From Microcystis aeruginosa NIES-2549 (GTDB lineage Bacteria; Cyanobacteriota; Cyanobacteriia; Cyanobacteriales; Microcystaceae), in NCBI RefSeq assembly GCF_000981785.2, contig NZ_CP011304.1, forward strand, positions 2,160,001 to 2,192,000: a stretch of DNA of 32,000 nucleotides, read 5' to 3'. The notes below the pieces were generated by a model that ran no database searches, was not told the DNA's origin, and saw only the letters and a list, made by a program, of their open reading frames with translations. A program made the translations under genes and the position numbers. The first letter of the stretch is position 1. Every line of letters begins with the position of its first letter. This document shows, piece after piece, positions 25,384-32,000 of this stretch.

Positions 25384-25591
25384 AGGAGTCAGGAATCAGG
25401 AGTCAGGAGACAGGAGACGGGAGACAAAAGGCAAAAGGCAAAAGGCAAAAGGCAAAAGGCAGTATTCTTCCCACACCCCACACCCGTTCGGCTGAGCTCA
25501 CGGCCGAAGCCCACACCCTACACCCCACACCCCCACACCCCACACCCCACTTCCCCAACACCCCACACCCCACACCCAACACCCCAACACC
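25384..25591 (+). repeat. Composite heptamer (STRR-type) array filling the lptA-lptB spacer
   Basis: Six AGGAGTC-type units (25384-25425), five AAAAGGC units (25426-25460), CACACCC units (25472-25485), a small hairpin (25487-25508), then ~80 nt of CACACCC/CACCCCA-type units to ~25591. Confidence 0.9.
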
Positions 25592-25599
25592 GGATAAAG

Positions 25600-26328
25600 A
25601 TGACTTTAGTATTAGAAAATATCCATAAATCCTACGGTAAAAGGCTCGTGGTTAACCGGGTGAGTATTACGGTTGCCCCGGGGGAAATTGTCGGGTTATT
25701 AGGACCAAATGGTGCGGGAAAAACCACAACTTTTTATATCGCCACGGGATTAATTAAACCGAATCAAGGGCGCGTTTGGCTCGATCAAAAAGAAATTACC
25801 AAATTACCCCTTAATCAGAGGGCGCGTCTGGGTATTGGCTATCTGACGCAGCAGGCCAGTATTTTTCGTTATTTAACTGTATCAGAAAATATTCAGTTAG
25901 CCCTAGAACAGTCGGGAGTTCCCTTTTCCCAACGGGCAAATCGTCTCTATGATTTATTAAAAGAATTTCGCCTCGATAAGATTGTTCGCACTAAAGGAGC
26001 CTACGTTTCCGGAGGAGAAAGAAGAAGGACGGAATTAGCTCGCGCTTTAGCGGTGGGAGTCAACGGACCAAGATTTTTATTATTAGATGAACCTTTCGCC
26101 GGGGTGGATCCGATCGCCGTGTCCGAGATTCAAACGATGATTGCTGGTTTAAGGGATCGTCAGATGGGAATTTTAATTACCGATCACAATGTGCGAGAAA
26201 CTTTGGCTATCACTAATCGGGCTTATATTATGCGCGAAGGGCAGATTTTAGCGGCGGGAAGTGGCGAAGAACTTTATAATAATCCTCTGGTGCGTCAGTA
26301 TTATTTGGGTGATAATTTTTTAAGATAA
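25600..26328 (+). CDS. lptB: LPS export ABC transporter ATP-binding protein
   Basis: MTLVLENIHKSYGKR..., Walker A GPNGAGKTT, signature SGGERRR, Walker B LLLDEP. It is 242 aa from ATG 25600. The track start at 25378 reads through the repeat array. Confidence 0.92.
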   Translation: MTLVLENIHKSYGKRLVVNRVSITVAPGEIVGLLGPNGAGKTTTFYIATGLIKPNQGRVWLDQKEITKLPLNQRARLGIGYLTQQASIFRYLTVSENIQLALEQSGVPFSQRANRLYDLLKEFRLDKIVRTKGAYVSGGERRRTELARALAVGVNGPRFLLLDEPFAGVDPIAVSEIQTMIAGLRDRQMGILITDHNVRETLAITNRAYIMREGQILAAGSGEELYNNPLVRQYYLGDNFLR

Positions 26329-26360
26329 TTGTTATTAATAAAAAAATCGATAATTATATC

Positions 26361-27530
26361 ATGAAAGTTGGCAATTGGCAAGGAAATTTAAGTAGAATAC
26401 CCGGATTTAGCATCTTAGACCGCTATATTTTTGTCGAGTTATTATTGCCCTTTTTATTTGGTATGGGTTTATTCACTTCTTTGGGAGTGGCGATCGGCAC
26501 TTTATTTGATTTAGTGCGACGGATTACTGAATCGGGTTTACCTTTTACTTTGGCCCTAAAAATTCTCTTATTAAAAATGCCAGAGTTTATCGTTTTAGCC
26601 TTTCCCATGTCAATACTTTTAGCGGCTTTAATGGCCTACAGTCGTTTAGCCAGTGATAGCGAATTAATTGCTTTTAAAAGTATTGGAATTAGTGTTTATC
26701 GCCTAATAATTCCGGCCATTGTGCTAAGTTTAATAGTGACGGGATTAACCTACGTTTTTAACGATTATGTGGCTCCGGCTGCCAGCTATGAAGCTAATGC
26801 TACCATGACCAAAGCCCTGCGACCCAATCGTAAGTCTTTTATTGAAGATAATATTATTTATCCTGAATACGGCAAAGTGCGGCCAGCGAATGGAGGGGAA
26901 CCCCAAACGGTATTAAGAAGGTTATTTTATGCCGAAAGATTTAACGGTCAAGAAATGTTAGGTTTAACCATTCTCGATCGCACCCAACCGGAAGTTAATC
27001 AAATTATTACCTCAGAATCAGCTTCTTGGAATATTGAAAAAAATATCTGGGATTTTTATAACGGTACAATTTATCTAATTGATCCTAAGGGTTCCTATCG
27101 TAATATTGTCCGCTTTCAACATCAACAATTAGCCCTACCGCGTACCCCTTTAGATTTAGCTTTTCGGGCGCGAGATGGTTCAGAAATGACCCTAAGACAA
27201 GCGCGGGAATACCTAGAAATACTGCAATTAAGCGGCAATCCAACCAAAATTAGAAAACTACAGGTTCAAATCGAGCAGAAAATATCTTTACCCTTTGTTT
27301 GTTTAGTTTTTGGGATGATTGGGGCAGCCTTGGGATTGCGTCCCCAAAATTCTAATAAAGCCACCAGTTTCGGTATTTGTATTGTCCTAATTTTCTCCTA
27401 TTATCTCCTATCTTTTGTCACCAGTTCCTTAGGCATTGGCGGAGTTTTAACCCCCTTGATGGCCGCTTGGTTGCCCAACATTTTAGGATTAACTGCCGGG
27501 GGAATTTTGTTACTTCAATCGGCTAAATAA
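26361..27530 (+). CDS. LptF/LptG-family (YjgP/YjgQ) LPS export permease
   Basis: 389 aa. ILDRYIFVELLLPFLFG is the typical N-terminus, and the protein has six TM segments with a large periplasmic loop. Confidence 0.85.
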   Translation: MKVGNWQGNLSRIPGFSILDRYIFVELLLPFLFGMGLFTSLGVAIGTLFDLVRRITESGLPFTLALKILLLKMPEFIVLAFPMSILLAALMAYSRLASDSELIAFKSIGISVYRLIIPAIVLSLIVTGLTYVFNDYVAPAASYEANATMTKALRPNRKSFIEDNIIYPEYGKVRPANGGEPQTVLRRLFYAERFNGQEMLGLTILDRTQPEVNQIITSESASWNIEKNIWDFYNGTIYLIDPKGSYRNIVRFQHQQLALPRTPLDLAFRARDGSEMTLRQAREYLEILQLSGNPTKIRKLQVQIEQKISLPFVCLVFGMIGAALGLRPQNSNKATSFGICIVLIFSYYLLSFVTSSLGIGGVLTPLMAAWLPNILGLTAGGILLLQSAK

Positions 27531-27566
27531 TCGAGGGTTAGCGGTAGAAATAAAAATTGATAATTA

Positions 27567-28406
27567 TCAAATTTCTAGGGCTAATTTGTATAAACGACTG
27601 CGGGATAAATTAGTAACCTGTGCTAATTGTCTGCTGGCTTGCGATCGATTAACTCCTCCTTCGATAATTTGTTTTAATTCCCGTTTTAATTCCTCATCGG
27701 ATAATTGGATATTATCGGCCTGATTGTTGCCCATAACTACGATTGTAAATTCCCCTTTAGGAGTTTTATTCTCCCGATATAAATTAATCGCCTCGGCGAT
27801 AGTTCCTCGCCAAATTTCTTCGTAAAGCTTGGTTAATTCCCGACCTAAAACTATCTTTCTCGTCGGGCCGAAAGTTTCGCGTAAATCCTCCAAAGTCTTA
27901 ATAAGTTTGTGAGGTGCTTCATAAAAAACCATCGTTCTTGTTTCGGTTTTTAAACCCTCTAAGCGCTCTTGTTTCAGCTTTTCCTTACCCGGAAGAAATC
28001 CTTCAAAACAGAATCTTTCCGTGGGTAATCCCGACACCGCTAAAGCAGTAATTACCGCCGTTACTCCCGGGATGGGAACCACTTCGATCTGAGCTTCTAT
28101 ACAAGCTTTAATTAACTCATAACCCGGGTCAGAAATCCCCGGCATTCCCGCATCAGTAACCAAAGCGATATCCTGACCTTGGCTGAGAATATTTAATAAC
28201 TGATCGAGACGGGAAAGGCGATTATGTTCATGGTAACTAATTTGAGGGGTTGAAATATCAAAATGCTGTAATAATTTGCCGGTGTGTCTGGTATCTTCGG
28301 CAGCAATGAGAGCGACTTTTTTGAGAGTTGCCAAGGACCGGAAAGTCAGATCGTCTAAATTGCCGATCGGCGTGGCCACCACATACAATTTACCGATATT
28401 ATTCAT
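27567..28406 (-). CDS. rsmI: 16S rRNA (cytidine1402-2'-O)-methyltransferase
   Basis: GKLYVVATPIGNLDDLTFRSL..., IAAEDTRHTGKLL, SDAGMPGISDPG. Confidence 0.92.
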   Translation of the reverse strand: MNNIGKLYVVATPIGNLDDLTFRSLATLKKVALIAAEDTRHTGKLLQHFDISTPQISYHEHNRLSRLDQLLNILSQGQDIALVTDAGMPGISDPGYELIKACIEAQIEVVPIPGVTAVITALAVSGLPTERFCFEGFLPGKEKLKQERLEGLKTETRTMVFYEAPHKLIKTLEDLRETFGPTRKIVLGRELTKLYEEIWRGTIAEAINLYRENKTPKGEFTIVVMGNNQADNIQLSDEELKRELKQIIEGGVNRSQASRQLAQVTNLSRSRLYKLALEI

Positions 28407-28441
28407 AAATTAGCTAAAAATAGGCTATTTAGTCGTATTTT

Positions 28442-28479
28442 CAGTGATCAGTACCCAGTAATCAGTAAACTAAAAACTC
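28442..28479 (+). repeat. Heptamer array, left half (CAGTGAT CAGTACC CAGTAAT CAGTAAA CTAAAAA CTC)
   Basis: Read directly. It is in phase with the array at 28631-28690 once the MITE and one TSD copy are removed. Confidence 0.8.
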
Positions 28480-28623
28480 GGCTCTCCCAGGTTTGGTGGG
28501 TAAAATGTATTCTAAGATACAGTCTTGGGGCAGTGAGTGGAACGAACCACTCCAGACACAAAGGACACAAAGATCGATCAATCCTCTGTAAGTTAAACTT
28601 ATCACACAGAACCTAGAAGAGCC
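28480..28623 (+). mobile_element. MITE copy 4 (144 bp), inserted into a heptamer array
   Basis: Same termini and core as copy 3. Flanked by the 7-bp direct repeat AAAACTC (28473-28479 and 28624-28630). Confidence 0.85.
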
Positions 28624-28630
28624 AAAACTC

Positions 28631-28690
28631 ACATCTGCTCACCGCTCACTGATAACTGCTCACTGATAACTGATAACTGATAACTGAAGA
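28631..28690 (+). repeat. Heptamer array, right half (CTGCTCA CCGCTCA CTGATAA CTGCTCA CTGATAA x3 CTGAAGA)
   Basis: Read directly; eight phased 7-mers from 28635. Confidence 0.85.
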
Positions 28691-28796
28691 CCGATCGCTT
28701 TTCTCTGTTCAGGGATCGCCCAAATGGGGTAAAGTAGGTCAAGGTATGCTCACCCCTGTTATTGAATTAATCTAGTCTAAGGAGAACGTCTTAGTA

Positions 28797-28913
28797 ATGT
28801 TAACCCTAAAAATCGCCGTTTATATCGTTGTTTCCTTCTTTGTCTTACTTTTTATCTTTGGCTTCCTTTCTGGCGATCCTACCCGTAACCCCGGACGCAA
28901 AGACTTTGAGTAG
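28797..28913 (+). CDS. psbI: Photosystem II reaction-centre protein I
   Basis: Not in the track (38 aa). My own translation is [42 protein letters not shown] lies ~10 nt upstream. Confidence 0.9.
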   Translation: MLTLKIAVYIVVSFFVLLFIFGFLSGDPTRNPGRKDFE

Positions 28914-29053
28914 AAGACAATTAACAAACCGGTTCTAGGGTAAAGGCACAGGGAACAAGTTATTAAACTTTCCCTGTCTCCCTAGAAATAATGATCGTGG
29001 TAGTATCAATGAGGTTCGCTCGTCCTCTATTTTGATCGCCGACTCGTGCAGTC

Positions 29054-31447
29054 ATGTCTTTTTTTATCTTAGCTGTTGAACCACCTGCCCTAATTAATAC
29101 TGTAGCTGAACCGGAAACGGAGGAGCGCCAAGTTGCTGAAAATATTCCCACGTCTGTAATTCCTCTCCCTGTCACCCCAGCACCTCTAGAGGCAAAAAAG
29201 CCTTCAGAAGAGAGCGTTTCTATTCCCCTCACCGTCACTCCACCCCCGGAAACCGTCGAGGTAAAACCCTTGGTTCCCGATGAGGGTATTCCCCTAGAAC
29301 CTTTACCTAGCAGTGCGGGGGATGCGGCAGCTTTAGGAAAACCCCTTTCTGTCCAGAATTCTCCACCCCCCGCAGCCGTTGGTGTCACCATTCATCCCGA
29401 AACCGAGATAGTTTCAGGATTAAATCAAAAAGCTCTTAACCAGAAAAATGGCTTAACTCGGATATTAGTGCGGAAAAAAGGCGAAAAAACCAGCCAAGAA
29501 TACTTGATTTCCCTCAATAACAGCCTAGCTCAGACCGCTGCAGTTAATCCAGAAGGGGAAAGACCCCTAGAATTAGTGGCCGATGAGCAGGAATTTGACC
29601 AAAATCGGCAGATTATCACCGCTAGAGGTAATGTCACCCTGCGTTTTGCCCAAAGTGTACTAACGGCCGATCGCTTACAGATTAATCTTCCCGAAAAGTT
29701 AGCGGTAGCGGAGGGCCAGGTGATCCTAACCCGGGGAGATCAGATCCTGCGCGGCGATCGCTTTGAGTATTATTTCGTCCAGGATAGCGGTGTGGTATTT
29801 AATGCTAATGGGGAGATTTTTCAACCCAGCACCGCTAGGGATTTAGGGCAAACGCTGCCCACGGATGTGGGGGCCGGTAGTTCTTTTGGAACCCTAACTG
29901 ATCGTTTGGCATTAAATCAACCCTTGCAGAGAATCACCACGGGAGAGGGTTTTCAATTTGTCGTCGGGGGACAGGATCCCAGTCGGCGCGATCGACAGAA
30001 TATTAGTAGTCCATCGGGGGGAACGATTAATCGTGTCCGTTTTCAGGCCGAACGCTTGAATTTTGATGGTAAGGTGTGGAATGCCACTAATGTGCGTTTG
30101 ACTAATGACCCTTTTTCCCCCCCTGAATTGGAAGTTCGGGCCAATTCCGCCACTTTTCGCAGTACCGGCCCTTTTACCGATGAGCTGCGGATGAGTAATT
30201 CCCAGTTGGTTTTCGATCAACGGGTAGTGGCACCCACTTTTATTAATAGTCTTACGTTCGATCGCCGTCGTCGTCGTCCTTTTTTAATTGCCCCGGGCTA
30301 TGATGGGGAGGATCGGGGCGGATTTTTCATAGAAAGTCCCCTAACTTTAGTGGAGACACCGAAGACTCTTTTTGAGTTGACACCGCAATATTTAATTCAA
30401 AAAGTCCTTAATCCCGATGCTTTTCCCTCAGCTAACCCCGGAGGTGGCGAAGTTTCGCCCCTTAGTCCGAAAGCTTTTGGTTTATTGGGCAATTTTGCCA
30501 CTAATTTCGGTGAGCGCTCGTTTTTGCAAGCAACAGCCTCTTTTTCTAATTTAGATTTGGAACAGATCGAAAATACGGTTCGTTCTAAAATTCGCTTTCA
30601 ACAGACGATCGGACAGTTGCAGGATCCCTATCTGCTCAATGTGGAGTACAATTATCGCGAGCGTCTCTTTAACGGTTCTTTAGGGTTTCAGACGGTTAAT
30701 AGCAGTTTTGGGGCAATTTTGACCTCACCTGTGATTGTCATCCCGAATACGGATATTAGACTCAGTTATCAAGCTTCTGTTCAGAATATTAATGCACCCA
30801 CCGATCGCAGTAATCTCTTAGCGGCCAATGCAACGGATAATGTTACTAATTTAAGCCGTTTTCAGGGTGCTGTCTCCCTCAATCGCAGTTTTTTACTCTG
30901 GTCTGCCCCTACTTTACCACCGACCCCCGACCAAGGTTTAAGATTTTCTCCCCTTCCCGTTCAACCCTATATTGCTCTTGTCACTGGTGTCACCGGTGTC
31001 ACCAGTTATTACACTAATGGAGAGACGCAAAATTCCGTCACGGGAACCGTGGGATTATTAGGACAGTTTGGGCGTTTTTCCCGCAATTTTTTCGACTATA
31101 CCGGGTTTAATATCAGTTTTAGTCAGGGTTTAGTTAACGGACAATCACCCTTTTTCTTCGATCGCTTTGTTGATCAACAAACAATCTCATATAGTATAAC
31201 TCAACAGGTATATGGTCCGATTCGCGTGGGTTTCCAGAGCATTTATAGTATCGATCAAGCTAAGGAAATCAGTACAGAATATTTTCTCGAATGGAGTCGT
31301 CGCACCTATAGTTTAATTTTGCGCTATAACCCAGTGCTGCAGTTGGGAATACTCAACATCCGCGTGTCGGATTTCAACTGGACAGGCAACCCCGGCTATT
31401 TTGAGGGCAGCGATGTCCGTCCGGTGGTGGATGGAGTAACCCGTTAA
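29054..31447 (+). CDS. LptD-like outer-membrane protein (cyanobacterial DUF3769 type with OstA-like N-domain)
   Basis: 797 aa. A Pro-rich N-terminal region is followed by OstA-like repeats (ITARGNVTLRFAQSVLTADRLQINL...AEGQVILTRGDQILRGDRFEYY) and a long C-terminal region consistent with a beta-barrel. Confidence 0.75.
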   Translation: MSFFILAVEPPALINTVAEPETEERQVAENIPTSVIPLPVTPAPLEAKKPSEESVSIPLTVTPPPETVEVKPLVPDEGIPLEPLPSSAGDAAALGKPLSVQNSPPPAAVGVTIHPETEIVSGLNQKALNQKNGLTRILVRKKGEKTSQEYLISLNNSLAQTAAVNPEGERPLELVADEQEFDQNRQIITARGNVTLRFAQSVLTADRLQINLPEKLAVAEGQVILTRGDQILRGDRFEYYFVQDSGVVFNANGEIFQPSTARDLGQTLPTDVGAGSSFGTLTDRLALNQPLQRITTGEGFQFVVGGQDPSRRDRQNISSPSGGTINRVRFQAERLNFDGKVWNATNVRLTNDPFSPPELEVRANSATFRSTGPFTDELRMSNSQLVFDQRVVAPTFINSLTFDRRRRRPFLIAPGYDGEDRGGFFIESPLTLVETPKTLFELTPQYLIQKVLNPDAFPSANPGGGEVSPLSPKAFGLLGNFATNFGERSFLQATASFSNLDLEQIENTVRSKIRFQQTIGQLQDPYLLNVEYNYRERLFNGSLGFQTVNSSFGAILTSPVIVIPNTDIRLSYQASVQNINAPTDRSNLLAANATDNVTNLSRFQGAVSLNRSFLLWSAPTLPPTPDQGLRFSPLPVQPYIALVTGVTGVTSYYTNGETQNSVTGTVGLLGQFGRFSRNFFDYTGFNISFSQGLVNGQSPFFFDRFVDQQTISYSITQQVYGPIRVGFQSIYSIDQAKEISTEYFLEWSRRTYSLILRYNPVLQLGILNIRVSDFNWTGNPGYFEGSDVRPVVDGVTR

Positions 31448-31463
31448 GACTACATGGGAGGGT

Positions 31464-31526
31464 GAATTATGAATGATGAATTATGAATGATGAATTATGA
31501 AGTGGGGTGTGGGGTTTTAGGGATTT
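31464..31526 (+). repeat. Heptamer array (GAATTAT GAATGAT) x2.5, then GAAGTGG GGTGTGG GGTTTTA GGGATTT
   Basis: Read directly. The G-rich part is the complement of the CACACCC units at 25472-25591. Confidence 0.85.
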
Positions 31527-31580
31527 TCAGATCGGGATTACCTCTCATTGAGACTCCCTTGACTAACTTCTATCTTCTTT

Positions 31581-32000
31581 TCAACGTGACAGAAAAGCTC
31601 CTAAAATTTTCATGGTGTTGCTCGTTTCATAATTCAACCCTTCTACTCCCTTAATATTTGTTTGTTCATAAAGTCTAGGAGAGCGTAAAGTGTTCTGACA
31701 CTCTCCTGTTTTTAGGTTCCAAAGTTTAATCGTCTCGTCTTCACCTGCGCTGGCCAATGTGTTACCGTTGGGACTAAAACAGACTGACCTGACACTTTTA
31801 GTATGTTCACACAGGAGTTGATGAAGTTGACCTGTTTCAACATCCCAAATTCGGATTGTTGCGTCATCCCCCCCACTTGCTAGTAACTTCCCATCGGGAC
31901 TAAAAGCTACTGACCATACCCAAGACTTATGACCTTCAAAACTATTAATTAATCTACCATCTTTGACTTGCCAAACTTTGACCGTTTGATCATCACTTGA
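31581..32000 (-). CDS. WD40-repeat protein, C-terminal 139 codons (the N-terminus is off the window)
   Basis: Absent from the track because it is edge-truncated. My own translation is SSDDQTVKVWQVKDGRLINSFEGHKSWVWSVAFSPDGKLLASGGDDATIRIWDVETGQ...SPNGNTLASAGEDETIKLWNLKTGEC...*, with a TGA stop at 31581-31583. Confidence 0.85.
   Translation of the reverse strand, partial: SSDDQTVKVWQVKDGRLINSFEGHKSWVWSVAFSPDGKLLASGGDDATIRIWDVETGQLHQLLCEHTKSVRSVCFSPNGNTLASAGEDETIKLWNLKTGECQNTLRSPRLYEQTNIKGVEGLNYETSNTMKILGAFLSR

Noticed and set aside
25378-25599. 74-aa N-terminal extension of LptB in the ORF track (ESGVRRQETGDKRQKAKGKRQKA...HTPHPTSPTPHTPHP)
   Set aside because: It is a translation of heptamer DNA repeats. 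ATG 25600 gives a 242-aa protein starting MTLVLENIHKSYG, as expected for LptB.
28963-30220. Minus-strand ORFs 28963-29391 and 29912-30220, opposite the LptD-like gene
   Set aside because: These are shadow ORFs with Gly/Arg/Ser-rich composition typical of the antisense strand of a coding region.
1-32000. Search by eye for tRNA, rRNA, tmRNA or RNase P-like sequences
   Set aside because: I found no T-arm (GGTTCGAATCC-type) or rRNA-like conserved blocks. The GGAACGAACCAC-like strings belong to the MITE.

Overview
This is a cyanobacterial chromosomal segment. It has many HIP1 GCGATCGC palindromes, heptamer STRR-type repeats, and psbX, psbI and phycocyanin genes. The style resembles Microcystis-like unicellular genomes, but I cannot confirm that without a database search.

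I support about 33 protein-coding genes. Two are edge-truncated and absent from the ORF track: a sensor histidine kinase at 1-2381(-) and a WD40 protein at 31581-32000(-). Two are photosystem II genes too short for the track: psbX at 22701-22820 and psbI at 28797-28913. Housekeeping content includes cysK, ftsH, holB, rsmI, ftrC, comF, a Cu P-type ATPase, and an LPS-transport set (lptA, lptB, lptF/G and an LptD-like gene).

The stand-out is a sulfur-economy neighbourhood at about 4.9-13 kb. It holds a stand-alone cpcB-cpcA pair whose only Cys residues are the three bilin-attachment sites and which has no Met beyond the initiator. That matches the cpc3-type sulfur-sparing phycocyanin logic. The pair lies between cysK, a periplasmic rhodanese (RhdA-like) and a sulfate-binding protein (SbpA) that are themselves almost free of Met and Cys. 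A Met/Cys-free secreted coiled-coil protein also sits in the neighbourhood.

The window also carries:
- a ~145-bp MITE in three intact copies with perfect 7-bp target-site duplications, plus one deleted copy;
- phased heptamer repeat arrays, one filling the lptA-lptB spacer;
- a 102-bp tandem hairpin element;
- an IS630 transposase relic;
- a Cys/Met PLP-enzyme relic;
- a solitary Dam-class methyltransferase next to a possible nuclease relic.

I found no rRNA, tRNA or CRISPR array.
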